Positions 1-9,303 are shown, numbered from the stretch's first letter. The stretch is DNA of 32,000 nt from Ktedonobacterales bacterium (GCA_030167145.1 CP126532.1:450001-482000), one strand, 5' to 3'. Made by a program: numbers and translations. Notes: generated from the sequence alone by a model not told the origin.

Positions 1-84
1 GACATCGTGCGCGTCATTGACGCGCTAGAATCTGTCGCGGCAGGTCGCTTCAGCAGTTCGCCGGAACCGAACCTCGATAACTAA
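1..84 (+). CDS. 3' end of an unidentified CDS that runs off the left edge
   Basis: Frame 1 is open from base 1 to TAA at 82-84 (28 codons, GC-rich third positions). It is too short to assign a product. Confidence 0.3.
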   Translation, partial: DIVRVIDALESVAAGRFSSSPEPNLDN

Positions 85-304
85 AGCGCGCGTTATGCTA
101 ACTATAAATCACGCTAAATATTTCTCGCGGTTCCTGCTATAATGGTTGGCGATTGACGGCGACGACGGAGCCGTGCGCCAGTCGCCGGGGAGCGCACGAG
201 GATGTGCGCAACAGTGGGGGAGCGCGCATGCGGCAGCGCATTTGACGCCGTATGCTCACCGCTTCATGAACAGCGAGTGACATCACTCGAGGAGGAACGA
301 ATTC

Positions 305-3082
305 GTGGCACAAACCAAAGCCATGACCCTGGACGAAGCGGTCAAGAAGTCGCCGCGCAAGTGGGTCTACCTTTTCTCTGAAGGCAACGCTAAGATGCGC
401 GACCTGCTCGGCGGCAAAGGCGCGGGCGTCGCCGAGATGACCAACGCGGAGCTACCCGTCCCGCCCGGCTTCACCATCACCACCGAAGCCTGCAACGCCT
501 ATTACGACAGCGGCAAACAGTTCCCCACTGGCATGTGGGATCAGGCGCTCGCCGCGCTCCGTGTCGTCGAAGAGCAGACGGGCAAGAAGCTCGGCGATCC
601 AGCCAATCCGCTCCTCGTATCGGTTCGCTCCGGCGCGAAATTCTCCATGCCCGGCATGATGGATACCGTCCTTAACCTGGGCCTCAACGACGAGACAGTT
701 AAGGGTATCATCGCCGGCAGCGGCGACGAGCGCTTTGCCTACGACGCCTATCGTCGTTTCGTGCAGATGTTCTCCAAGATCGTGCTCGACGCGAAGGCCG
801 AGGCGTTCGAGAAGGTCATCGAGGAGTACAAGGAAAAGACCGGCGCGAAGACCGATGCTGACATCCCTGCCGACGCCCTGAAGCAGATGGTCGAGGACTT
901 CAAACAAATCGCCCGCGCATCCTCTGGCAAGCCTTTCCCCGAAGACCCCTACGATCAGTTGCGCCACGCTATCGAGGCCGTCTTCGCTTCGTGGAACAAC
1001 AAGCGTGCGATTGACTACCGCAACTTCAACAAGATTCCGCACGACCTCGGCACTGCCGTCAACGTCCAGACAATGGTCTTTGGCAACATGGGCAATGGCA
1101 GCGCCACTGGCGTCGCCTTCACCCGCAACCCATCCACCGGCGAGAAGCGCCTCTACGGAGACTATCTCGTGAACGCCCAGGGCGAAGACGTGGTGGCAGG
1201 CATTCGTAACACCTCTCCGATTGAGAAGCTCTCCGATGAGATGCCCGGCGTCGCCGAACAGTTCCAGCAGATCGCCCAGCGCCTTGAGAAGCATTACCGC
1301 GACGTGCAGGATCTCGAATTCACCGTCGAGAAAGGCCGTCTCTACATGCTTCAGACGCGGTCCGCCAAGCGCACCGCCGCCGCCGCCGTCAAGACCGCCG
1401 TAGACATGGTGCGCGAGAAGCTCATCACCGAGCAAGAGGCCGTCCAGCGCGTCGAGCCGGGGCAGGTGGTGCAGTTGCTGCTGCCGCGCTTCGACGACAA
1501 CGACATCAAGCGCGCCAAGGGCGCAGGACTGGAACTGGCAAAAGGCGTCAATGCCTCGCCAGGCGCCGCCGTCGGCAAAGTGATCTTCGACGCCGACCGC
1601 GCCGAGGCCGCTGGCAAAGTTGGTGAGCGTGTGATCCTCGTCCGCCAGGAGACCAGCCCCGACGACGTACATGGCATGCTTGCCGCGAAGGGCATCCTGA
1701 CGAGCCGTGGCGGCACGGGCAGCCATGCGGCGGTCGTCGCGCGTGGTCTGGGGCTGCCCGCCGTCGTCGGCTGCGAGGGCATCCGCGTAGACTACGAGCA
1801 GCGCACCTTCGAGGTTCGCGCCTCCGGCGAGATCATCCATGAGGGCGACGAAGTCTCGATTGACGGCACCACCGGCACCATCTACAATGGCGCGATCAAG
1901 ACCGTCGAGCCGAACTTCGAGGAAGAGCACGACCTGCGGACGTTGCTCGGCTGGGCCGACACCTTCCGCAAGCTGGGCGTCTGGGCGAATGCCGACTACC
2001 CGCGCGACGCGGAGCGCGCCGTCATCTTCGGCGGCGAGGGCATCGGCCTCTGCCGCACTGAGCACATGTTTATGGAGCAGGAGCGCCTGCCCATCGTGCA
2101 GGAGATGATTCTCGCGCCCACCGTCGCGGAACGCCAGAAGGCGCTCGATAAGCTGCTGCCCTTCCAGCGCGCGGATTTCGAAGGCATCTTCCGCTCCATG
2201 CGCGATCCCAAGACGGGCGTGGGCTACCCTGTCGTCATCCGCCTGATTGACCCACCGCTCCACGAATTCCTGCCGAGCTACGAAGAACTGCTGGTCGAGG
2301 TCACCCGGCTGGAAGACAAGGGCGACAACCCGAAGGAGCTTGAGAAGAAGCGTGCGCTGTTACAGGCCGTCGCAGGCATGCGCGAGATGAACCCAATGCT
2401 TGGCCTGCGCGGCTGCCGTCTGGGGCTGCTTTTCCCCGAGATCAACGTCATGCAGACGCGGGCGATTCTCGAAGCGGCGGCAAATGTGGCCAAAGACGGT
2501 ATCAAGCTTCAGCCGAAGATCATGATCCCGCTGGTCGGCCACGTGAACGAGCTACGTGAGGTGCGCCGCCAGCTTGAGGCCGTCGCCAGGGAGATCACCG
2601 CCGAGCTTGGCGGCCAGGTGGATTACAAGTTCGGCACGATGATTGAGCTTCCGCGCGCCGCCCTCACCGCCGGACAGATCGCCGAAGTCGCCGATTTCTT
2701 CAGCTTCGGCACTAACGATCTCACCCAGACCACGTTTGGCATGAGCCGCGACGACGCCGAGGCCAAGTTCCTGCTCAAATACGTCGAAGGACTGGAAGAA
2801 CCAGGGCTGGAGCAGCCGGTCAAGATCCTCAAGACCAACCCCTTCCAGACGCTGGACCGCGACGGTGTGGGCCGTCTGATTCAGATCGCCGTCAAAGAAG
2901 GCCGCGCGGCCAACGCCAAGTTGGAAGTCGGCATCTGCGGCGAGCATGGTGGCGACCCCGACAGCATCGCCTTCTGCAATGAAGTAGGGCTGGACTACGT
3001 GAGTTGCTCGCCGTTCCGCGTCCCCGTCGCACGCCTCGCCGCCGCCCAGGCCGCGCTGGCCAAGACCGAGCGCGATAAGTAA
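305..3082 (+). CDS. ppdK: Pyruvate, phosphate dikinase
   Basis: 925-aa ORF with a GTG start preceded by GAGGAGGAA. Carries the phosphohistidine motif TSRGGTGSHAAVVARGLGLP and the PEP-utilizer C-terminal motifs GLCRTEHMF and FFSFGTNDLTQ. Length and N-terminal ATP-grasp region are typical of PPDK. Confidence 0.95.
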   Translation: MAQTKAMTLDEAVKKSPRKWVYLFSEGNAKMRDLLGGKGAGVAEMTNAELPVPPGFTITTEACNAYYDSGKQFPTGMWDQALAALRVVEEQTGKKLGDPANPLLVSVRSGAKFSMPGMMDTVLNLGLNDETVKGIIAGSGDERFAYDAYRRFVQMFSKIVLDAKAEAFEKVIEEYKEKTGAKTDADIPADALKQMVEDFKQIARASSGKPFPEDPYDQLRHAIEAVFASWNNKRAIDYRNFNKIPHDLGTAVNVQTMVFGNMGNGSATGVAFTRNPSTGEKRLYGDYLVNAQGEDVVAGIRNTSPIEKLSDEMPGVAEQFQQIAQRLEKHYRDVQDLEFTVEKGRLYMLQTRSAKRTAAAAVKTAVDMVREKLITEQEAVQRVEPGQVVQLLLPRFDDNDIKRAKGAGLELAKGVNASPGAAVGKVIFDADRAEAAGKVGERVILVRQETSPDDVHGMLAAKGILTSRGGTGSHAAVVARGLGLPAVVGCEGIRVDYEQRTFEVRASGEIIHEGDEVSIDGTTGTIYNGAIKTVEPNFEEEHDLRTLLGWADTFRKLGVWANADYPRDAERAVIFGGEGIGLCRTEHMFMEQERLPIVQEMILAPTVAERQKALDKLLPFQRADFEGIFRSMRDPKTGVGYPVVIRLIDPPLHEFLPSYEELLVEVTRLEDKGDNPKELEKKRALLQAVAGMREMNPMLGLRGCRLGLLFPEINVMQTRAILEAAANVAKDGIKLQPKIMIPLVGHVNELREVRRQLEAVAREITAELGGQVDYKFGTMIELPRAALTAGQIAEVADFFSFGTNDLTQTTFGMSRDDAEAKFLLKYVEGLEEPGLEQPVKILKTNPFQTLDRDGVGRLIQIAVKEGRAANAKLEVGICGEHGGDPDSIAFCNEVGLDYVSCSPFRVPVARLAAAQAALAKTERDK

Positions 3083-3096
3083 ATCAACAACAACAC

Positions 3097-3135
3097 AAAC
3101 AGGGCGACATATCCATGTGGATTGTCGTCCTGTTT
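3097..3135. terminator. Hairpin between convergent ppdK and the 3242-4021 gene
   Basis: AAACAGGGCGACA, a 13-nt loop, then TGTCGTCCTGTTT form a 13-bp stem with one G:U pair. A-run and T-run flanks allow the hairpin to work on either strand. Confidence 0.6.
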
Positions 3136-3241
3136 GCATGAAGCCAGCGTACCATCACGCTGATGCGATAATGCGCATCCCTTGGCTATGTTGGCTTCCT
3201 GCGAAAATATCGGGCGAGCCGGCCAGAAGAAATCATAGCCA

Positions 3242-4021
3242 TCATGCGATGTTATATCGCTCTTTGACCTGCTGCTCCTTCTCACGCAGGCCCACGACAA
3301 GTGCGCGCGCTTGCGAGATGGCCGTGTCTAACTTGATCTGATTGGTGTTGGTAATCTCACCTATAGAGGCCTGCACATACTGCCCACCGCCAATGATCTC
3401 CTGGAATAGCCCCCGCAGGTCGTTCGCCAACCCCGCTCGCTCCCGCTCGGACATATGCACCACACTCGGAGCGGCGTTACCATTCGATACCGATGCTGAT
3501 GGTACTGTGGAATTCATTGTGGCTGCGCTCCCCGACACTTGATCAGCATCCACAACACGTTCGCCATGGTCAGCCCCTGGTTCAGGAAGCGCGTTCATTT
3601 TAGACTGACTGAGATCAGCCCTGATTGCCACAAGTTGCGGATTCGTATGGAGAAGCATATCGGCATACCGATCGAGCGCCTGGTCAAGCAGCGTAGCAAA
3701 GTTACTGACGGTGGCCAGCGCCATTGCTAACGGGAAAGGCTGGCGCGATTTCTTATCGGTCAGCAGCTTATCTTGCCGTGCGCTTTCCGCGATGATGGTT
3801 GCGAGGTTGTCGTGAAGACCGCGTGCAATGTTCTGTATCTGCACATCCGTATAACTACGGGCCGTATGCCCCCCACGAAGCAGTTCTGCGCTTGCTGCCG
3901 CTGCTACCGCCAGCAGCGTCAAGCCCGGTTTCATCACATTTTGCCTGGTTGCGTCGGCTATCTTATCGCGCCTGAAGCGTCCGAACAGACCTCCGCTCTT
4001 GTCTGACGACTTGTTGCTCAT
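3242..4021 (-). CDS. Hypothetical protein (259 aa), no recognisable motif
   Basis: ATG preceded by a very strong RBS (GAGGAGGAGGG). One hydrophobic segment (LTLLAVAAAASA), a Ser/Ala-rich low-complexity middle, and a helical C-terminus. Confidence 0.6.
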   Translation of the reverse strand: MSNKSSDKSGGLFGRFRRDKIADATRQNVMKPGLTLLAVAAAASAELLRGGHTARSYTDVQIQNIARGLHDNLATIIAESARQDKLLTDKKSRQPFPLAMALATVSNFATLLDQALDRYADMLLHTNPQLVAIRADLSQSKMNALPEPGADHGERVVDADQVSGSAATMNSTVPSASVSNGNAAPSVVHMSERERAGLANDLRGLFQEIIGGGQYVQASIGEITNTNQIKLDTAISQARALVVGLREKEQQVKERYNIA

Positions 4022-4456
4022 GAGAATTATCCCTCCTCCTCATCGGGAGTAAACCACTCGTCCGTTCCTACACTCTTCCCGCGTCTAGATCCGGCAACAT
4101 CGTCGGCAAACACGAGTGACTGCCCGCCAAGAACGGCGATTTCCCACTCAATAGCTACCCATCACCTGTAGTCCTCGTTGTGTACCTGTATTCTGTTCGG
4201 CGCCTTTGGATTAGGAGCATTACGAGCGCCTCACAAGCGGCTCCTCTTGCGCTCTAGCCAACACCATTCGTAGATCCGCCAGCAGGGTTATATCACATCA
4301 GCGGCCAGTGTTGCGAAGGAATACGGTTACCTGTTTACCTAATGCTGTGCGCGCGGTTCCAATCATCCAGCAAGGTGGGCGAGCAATGCTTCCGGCGCAC
4401 TGAGATGCCGCACAAATCAATTACAAAAAGCTGCTAGCTTGGTTCATATTCCCCCC

Positions 4457-4486
4457 TTGCGCCCAAGTCTGCGCATGTGCTATCAT
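4457..4486 (+). promoter_or_regulatory. Candidate sigma70-type promoter for tRNA-Ala
   Basis: TTGCGC, 18 nt, then TATCAT, about 40 nt upstream of the tRNA 5' end. Confidence 0.35.
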
Positions 4487-4527
4487 GGTGAAGCCGGTGC
4501 ATCGGGGAACTGGTGCGGCGGGCGTTT

Positions 4528-4603
4528 GGGCCTGTGGCGCAGCTGGGAGCGCGTCTGCATGGCATGCAGAAGGTCAGGGGTTCGAATCCCCTCAGGTCCA
4601 CCA
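4528..4603 (+). tRNA. tRNA-Ala (anticodon GGC), CCA encoded
   Basis: Hand-folded cloverleaf. The acceptor stem GGGCCTG/CAGGTCC contains the G3:U70 alanine identity pair. Anticodon loop is ATGGCAT, T-loop is TTCGAAT, and the 3' end is ACCA. Confidence 0.93.
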
Positions 4604-4625
4604 GCACAATCGCATCCACCATCCC

Positions 4626-4662
4626 GAAGCCTTTCTCCCCCTGCGGGCGAAAGGCTTTTTCA
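4626..4662 (+). terminator. Rho-independent terminator after tRNA-Ala
   Basis: GAAGCCTTTC, a loop, then GAAAGGCTT, followed by TTTTC. Confidence 0.5.
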
Positions 4663-4749
4663 TGTATCATCCCATATCGGACTTCCAGCCCATCAAAAGC
4701 CGCGCGAGCGGAAATCGGCAATCATCTACATCAGGGAGCGGACACTAGC

Positions 4750-7476
4750 ATGACACAGACGAAATATCAGCCCGCCGAAATCGAACCTAAGTGGCAATCC
4801 CGCTGGACCGAGGACGACCTCGCCTCTGCCCACGACACCGACCCGCGTCCGAAATATTACAACCTCGTCATGCTGCCCTATCCCTCCGGCGATCTGCACA
4901 TCGGCCATTGGTATAACTACACTGGCGCCGACGCCTACGGGCGCTTCACGCGTATGCGCGGCTACAACGTCATGCAACCTATCGGCTTCGACGCCTTTGG
5001 CCTCCCCGCCGAAAACGCCGCCATCAAGCGCAATATTCAACCGCGCTCGTGGACCCTCGACAACATCGCCAATATGCGTGGCCAGCTTGCCCGCATGGGC
5101 GCTGCCTGGGACTGGTCGCGCGAGGTTGTTAGCTGCCTGCCCGACTACTACACCTGGACCCAGTGGATCTTTCTCCAGTTCTATAAGCCTGGCCAGGCCT
5201 ATCGCACTAAAGCCCCAGCCAACTGGTGCCCCAACTGCAACACCACCCTCGCCAACGAGCAGGTCGTCAACGGCGTGTGCGAGCGGTGCGGAACCACCGT
5301 CGAGCGCCGCGAGATGGATCAGTGGCTGATGCGCATCACCGACTACGCCGACGAACTGTTGCGCTTCGATGGCCTCGACTGGCCCGAAAAAACCAGACTG
5401 ATGCAGACCAACTGGATTGGCCGCAGCGAGGGCGCCGAGATCCGCTTCAGAGCACGCATTCCCATAGCTGGCAACTCCGCACGTAAAAAACGAAAATCGG
5501 CAGAATCGGCAACTCCGGCAACTGCAACTTCTGAGAAATCGGCAGAATCGGCAACTGCATTTGCGGCCACATCGGCCACATCACCTGCCGTAAAATCGGC
5601 AGAATCGGCAACTGCCACATCCGTATCTGCGGTGAAAATGGCGAAATCGGCAGAATCGGCAACTTCCGCAACTGCACTTCCCGTAAAATCGGCAGAATCG
5701 GCAACTGCATACGAACAAGTCGAGATACCCGTCTTCACTACCCGGCCTGACACCATCTATGGCGTCACTTTCTTTGTCCTTGCCCCAGAGCATCCACTGG
5801 TCGAGCGCCTCACCGCACCTGAGCAACGTGAGGCCGTGCAGGCATACATCGAACAGACCCGGCGCGAGACCGAAATCGAACGCCTCAGCACCGAGAAAGA
5901 CCGCAAGAAAACCGGCGTCCCGCTGGGTACAACCGTCATCAATCCCGTCACCGGCACACCCGTGCCCGTCTGGATCGCCGATTATGTGCTCATGAGCTAT
6001 GGCTCTGGTGCGGTCATGGGTGTTCCCGCGCACGACCAGCGCGACTTCGAGTTTGCCCGCACGTTCGGCCTCCCGATCATCGAGGTCATCCGCCCAGAAG
6101 ATGAACCCGCCAGCGACGCCAGCACATGGGATGCGGCGAAAACGGCGAAGGGCATCATGGTCAACAGTGGCGCCTTCGACGGCACACCAGCCGCATCCGC
6201 ATCAGACACGGTCATTGCCTGGTGCGAGAAACACGGCGTTGGCAAGCGCGCCGTCACCTATCGCCTGCGCGACTGGCTCATCAGCCGCCAACGCTACTGG
6301 GGTGCGCCAATCCCCATCGTCTACTGTCCGGAACACGGCGCGGTCCCGGTCCCCGAGGACCAGCTTCCCGTCATGCTGCCCGACGAGGTACAGTTCAAGC
6401 CGACAGGCGAGTCGCCACTGCGCTACGTGCCCGAATTCCTGCACACCACCTGCCCAATCTGCGGCGGCCCTGCCACGCGCGAGACCGACACGATGGACAC
6501 GTTCATCTGCTCATCCTGGTATTTCCTGCGCTACGCCGATCCGCAGAACGCTCATGCCGCCTGGGATGCGAAGAAGATCGCTCACTGGCTGCCAGTAGAT
6601 ATGTACATCGGTGGCGCGGAGCATGCCACCATGCACCTGCTCTACGCGCGCTACTTCGTCAAAGCGCTGCGCGACATGGGGCTGCTCGCCATGAGCGAGC
6701 CGTTCACACGACTCTACCATCAGGGCACAGTCCTTGGCCCCGACGGCGTCAAGATGTCCAAATCGCGCGGCAATGTCATCGCGCCTGATGCGGTCGTCGG
6801 CGAATATGGCGCGGACGCCGTGCGCTGCTACCTCATGTTCATGGGGCCATTTGACCAGGGCGGCCCCTGGAACAGCCAGAGCATCGAAGGTGTCCGGCGC
6901 TATCTGCACCGTGTCTGGTCGCTCGTCGCCGACTACAACGCAGCGAATAACGGCAAAAACGGCAACCGCGAACGCGAAGGCGGCGACGCCATCGAACGCT
7001 TGCGCCACAAGACCATTGCGCGCCTCACTGAGGACTACGCCAACCTGCGCTTCAATACCGCTCTTGCCGGCCTCATGGAATACGTCAACGGACTCAACGA
7101 TGCCCGCGTCCAGTCGCCTGACCTGCTCCATGATCCGCGCTTCAGCGCAGCCATCGAGACGCTGCTCATCCTGCTCGCGCCTCTGGCCCCACACATCACC
7201 GAAGAATTGTGGCATCAGTGCGGCCACAACGAGAGCATTCATCTCCAGTCCTGGCCGGACTACGACCGCACACTTACGATGGATGAGATCGTCACGCTCA
7301 TCGTCCAGGTCAACGGCAAGGTCCGCGACAAGCTCGAAGTCGCCGCGGCTATGGACGCTGACACTGTGCGCACGCTTGTCCTGGCCAGTCCGAAAGTCCA
7401 GGCAGCCATCGAAGGCAGCCCTCTGAAAAAGTTCATCTACGTCGCCGACCGTCACCTCGCCAATCTCGTCATCTGA
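4750..7476 (+). CDS. leuS: Leucine--tRNA ligase carrying an unusual repeat insertion
   Basis: Starts MTQTKYQPAEIEPKWQSRW. Has the HIGH motif (PSGDLHIGH), KMSKS (VKMSKSRGN), the Zn module CPNC...CERC, and the CP1 entry TTRPDT. The track ORF starts at 4513 but would read through tRNA-Ala, so I prefer the ATG at 4750. Confidence 0.93.
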   Translation: MTQTKYQPAEIEPKWQSRWTEDDLASAHDTDPRPKYYNLVMLPYPSGDLHIGHWYNYTGADAYGRFTRMRGYNVMQPIGFDAFGLPAENAAIKRNIQPRSWTLDNIANMRGQLARMGAAWDWSREVVSCLPDYYTWTQWIFLQFYKPGQAYRTKAPANWCPNCNTTLANEQVVNGVCERCGTTVERREMDQWLMRITDYADELLRFDGLDWPEKTRLMQTNWIGRSEGAEIRFRARIPIAGNSARKKRKSAESATPATATSEKSAESATAFAATSATSPAVKSAESATATSVSAVKMAKSAESATSATALPVKSAESATAYEQVEIPVFTTRPDTIYGVTFFVLAPEHPLVERLTAPEQREAVQAYIEQTRRETEIERLSTEKDRKKTGVPLGTTVINPVTGTPVPVWIADYVLMSYGSGAVMGVPAHDQRDFEFARTFGLPIIEVIRPEDEPASDASTWDAAKTAKGIMVNSGAFDGTPAASASDTVIAWCEKHGVGKRAVTYRLRDWLISRQRYWGAPIPIVYCPEHGAVPVPEDQLPVMLPDEVQFKPTGESPLRYVPEFLHTTCPICGGPATRETDTMDTFICSSWYFLRYADPQNAHAAWDAKKIAHWLPVDMYIGGAEHATMHLLYARYFVKALRDMGLLAMSEPFTRLYHQGTVLGPDGVKMSKSRGNVIAPDAVVGEYGADAVRCYLMFMGPFDQGGPWNSQSIEGVRRYLHRVWSLVADYNAANNGKNGNREREGGDAIERLRHKTIARLTEDYANLRFNTALAGLMEYVNGLNDARVQSPDLLHDPRFSAAIETLLILLAPLAPHITEELWHQCGHNESIHLQSWPDYDRTLTMDEIVTLIVQVNGKVRDKLEVAAAMDADTVRTLVLASPKVQAAIEGSPLKKFIYVADRHLANLVI
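5494..5706 (+). repeat. Five identical 21-nt direct repeats (AAATCGGCAGAATCGGCAACT) inside leuS
   Basis: Copies lie at 5494-5514, 5536-5556, 5593-5613, 5644-5664 and 5686-5706. Spacers are 21, 36, 30 and 21 nt, all multiples of 3. Each copy encodes KSAESAT, and each unit is itself an AATCGGCA duplication. Confidence 0.9.
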
Positions 7477-7489
7477 TGCGCGTGACAAT

Positions 7490-7528
7490 CGGAGCCGAAG
7501 TGGGATGCATCGCTACCATTCGGCTCCG
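7490..7528 (+). terminator. Possible leuS terminator hairpin
   Basis: CGGAGCCGAA, a 19-nt loop, then TTCGGCTCCG. Only a weak T tract follows. Confidence 0.35.
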
Positions 7529-7735
7529 TACCTTTGGGCGCTTGGTGGCGGCAACCGCCCCATTGCTTCTAGGAAGGTGCTATACTACGTGATGGCTAGA
7601 CGCCTGCCAGAGTCAGCCAGCATGGCGGCCTGTCTCTTCCCGCGTGAACCATAGCCGTCCACACGGGCCATTCCGTAGTTCGCAACATAGTCATTACTGT
7701 TCGGTTTCCGCCACCTAGAGAAAGCATATCGTCGC

Positions 7736-8794
7736 ATGCCCACCGTTCCGAAACGCGCTCGCATCTTCGGCTTTCCCCATCAGGACGCCCTCTTCGATGC
7801 CCATCTCGATGACATCGCCCAGGAATCCTCCAAACGCGGCGCAGACATCGTCTTCGATTTTCAACGCCTCACATTGACCTCCACCCCAGAACTGGTTATT
7901 CGCGACGGCAAGCCGCTCGAAATCGCGGAGGGAGAATACACTCCCATGCGCCTACGCTTTCGTGATGGCCTCTGGTTGCGGCGCACTGGCATCTTCTCTC
8001 AACTCGCAGCGCTGCCGCATGGCATTGATGCCCGTCGCATCTTCGGCATCCTCCACACACGTCAGCCGCAAATTGGCGAATTCTACTGGATTACCATGGG
8101 CGCATCCGAGCCAGGCGAACTGATGCTGCGCGCCCGTGGCTGCGCCATCGAAGAGGGCACGGGCGCATCCCGCCGAGTGAGTATCACGCGCAACTGGGCA
8201 TTCACCCCTCCATCTCCTGTCGGGCCAGTGCCACATCGCCCGATGCTCTACTGGCGCTATGGTGGTGATCCCATCCGTATCTTCCTGGGCAATCGCATGC
8301 TCGGCAACCGCCTGTTCATCGGCGGCCTCCATCACCAGCACTACGAGCGCCCAGCGCTAGACCATGTGCTCAACCTTTGCGGTATAGAAAATGACTGGTG
8401 TGTTCGCACTGGCCGGAACGAGAATGACCGCTATGCCTGGAAAGGAGAAATGGGCGCTGGAATGGACGCCACGAACCTGCTGCTCGAAGCGGAATGGGTA
8501 GCCGAACGCCTGCGCGAGGGCAAGCGCGTCCTGGTTCACTGCTATGCGGGAATCAATCGGTCGAGCACCGTCTGCTGCGCAAGCCTGATGTTGCTCGAAG
8601 GGCTGACTGCCGAACAAGCATTGGCGCGCGTTCGTGAACGGCATCCTAGTTCGTGGCCTGATCCCTATCACTGGTTTACTCTGCGCTGGCTTGAACGCGA
8701 GCTAGGTAAGAGCAGGCACGCGCCACACGAAGAACCCACCCTGGTTGCCGCGAACGCGGCATCGCCCTTGCGACATGCCATAGCCCTAAGCTAA
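7736..8794 (+). CDS. Protein with a C-terminal Cys-based dual-specificity / tyrosine phosphatase domain and an unknown N-terminal ~215 aa
   Basis: Contains the HCX5R(S/T) signature VLVHCYAGINRSS. Confidence 0.7.
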   Translation: MPTVPKRARIFGFPHQDALFDAHLDDIAQESSKRGADIVFDFQRLTLTSTPELVIRDGKPLEIAEGEYTPMRLRFRDGLWLRRTGIFSQLAALPHGIDARRIFGILHTRQPQIGEFYWITMGASEPGELMLRARGCAIEEGTGASRRVSITRNWAFTPPSPVGPVPHRPMLYWRYGGDPIRIFLGNRMLGNRLFIGGLHHQHYERPALDHVLNLCGIENDWCVRTGRNENDRYAWKGEMGAGMDATNLLLEAEWVAERLREGKRVLVHCYAGINRSSTVCCASLMLLEGLTAEQALARVRERHPSSWPDPYHWFTLRWLERELGKSRHAPHEEPTLVAANAASPLRHAIALS

Positions 8795-8891
8795 AATCCG
8801 GGCACGGCATTCTGTTGCGAATGCGGGAGTGTGCCGTGGGATCATGCCGTATAAGGAAGGGCTGGCGGCACTGCGAAGTGAGGTGGAGACA

Positions 8892-9260
8892 ATGGCGCAA
8901 TTCGATTCCGCGATGGTTCGTGAACGTCTTTTCGCCGAACGTGATCGCCTGCAGAATGACATTTATGACCTCACTCAAGGTAGTGGCGCGGTGCTGCCAG
9001 TAGATCCCGCCAGTGATAGTCATGGTATGGCGAGCGATCAGGCCGACGACGCCGACGCCGTCTCCGACGCCGAGCGCAACCAGGCCATTGTCCGCAACTC
9101 ACAAGCGTTGCTGGTTCAAGTCAACGAAGCGCTGACCCGACTCGACGCAGGCATCTACGGCATCTGTGTCAATTGCGGCAAAGACATCGCGCCACGTAGG
9201 CTCGAAGCGCTGCCCTACGCGACCCTGTGTATTGACTGCCAGGCAGCGGCAGAGCGCTGA
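8892..9260 (+). CDS. DksA/TraR-family C4 zinc-finger protein
   Basis: CVNCGKDIAPRRLEALPYATLCIDC (CxxC-N17-CxxC) follows a coiled-coil region. The ATG at 8892 follows GAGGTGGAG, so the track start at 8829 is less likely. Confidence 0.75.
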   Translation: MAQFDSAMVRERLFAERDRLQNDIYDLTQGSGAVLPVDPASDSHGMASDQADDADAVSDAERNQAIVRNSQALLVQVNEALTRLDAGIYGICVNCGKDIAPRRLEALPYATLCIDCQAAAER

Positions 9261-9303
9261 AGACAATCCGATATTTCCATTTCCTCATATAGAAAGGACA
9301 GAT

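Noticed and set aside
138-143. TATAAT hexamer upstream of ppdK
   Set aside because: There is no acceptable -35 element at 16-19 nt spacing, and it lies about 160 nt from the start codon. It may be real, but I cannot support it from sequence alone.
452-2263. 603-aa ORF on the minus strand
   Set aside because: It lies entirely antisense to ppdK, whose product has unmistakable PPDK motifs. The antisense translation is low-complexity (Ala/Gly/Arg/Val-rich), as expected for a shadow ORF in GC-rich DNA, and has no RBS.
4513-4749. N-terminal extension of the leuS ORF given by the track (start at 4513)
   Set aside because: The extension would be translated across the tRNA-Ala gene (4528-4603) and its terminator. 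The conserved LeuRS N-terminus begins at the ATG at 4750.
4663-4749. Possible T-box leader upstream of leuS
   Set aside because: Only about 87 nt separate the tRNA terminator from the ATG, which is too short for a T-box. I saw no specifier loop or conserved T-box sequence.
5494-5706. Regularly spaced 21-nt repeats considered as a possible CRISPR array
   Set aside because: The repeats are too short. The spacers (21-36 nt) are compositionally related to the repeats. Everything is in frame inside an intact essential gene, and no cas genes or leader are present.
5343-5756. Minus-strand ORF translating the repeats as ADSADF units
   Set aside because: It is antisense to leuS and exists only because the repeat block lacks stops in that frame. 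It has no RBS and no independent support.
6511-7488. 325-aa minus-strand ORF, plus the other 5999-6788 and 6734-7426 alternative-frame ORFs
   Set aside because: All overlap leuS, which carries KMSKS and the anticodon-binding region in frame here. They are typical GC-rich shadow frames without motifs or start signals.
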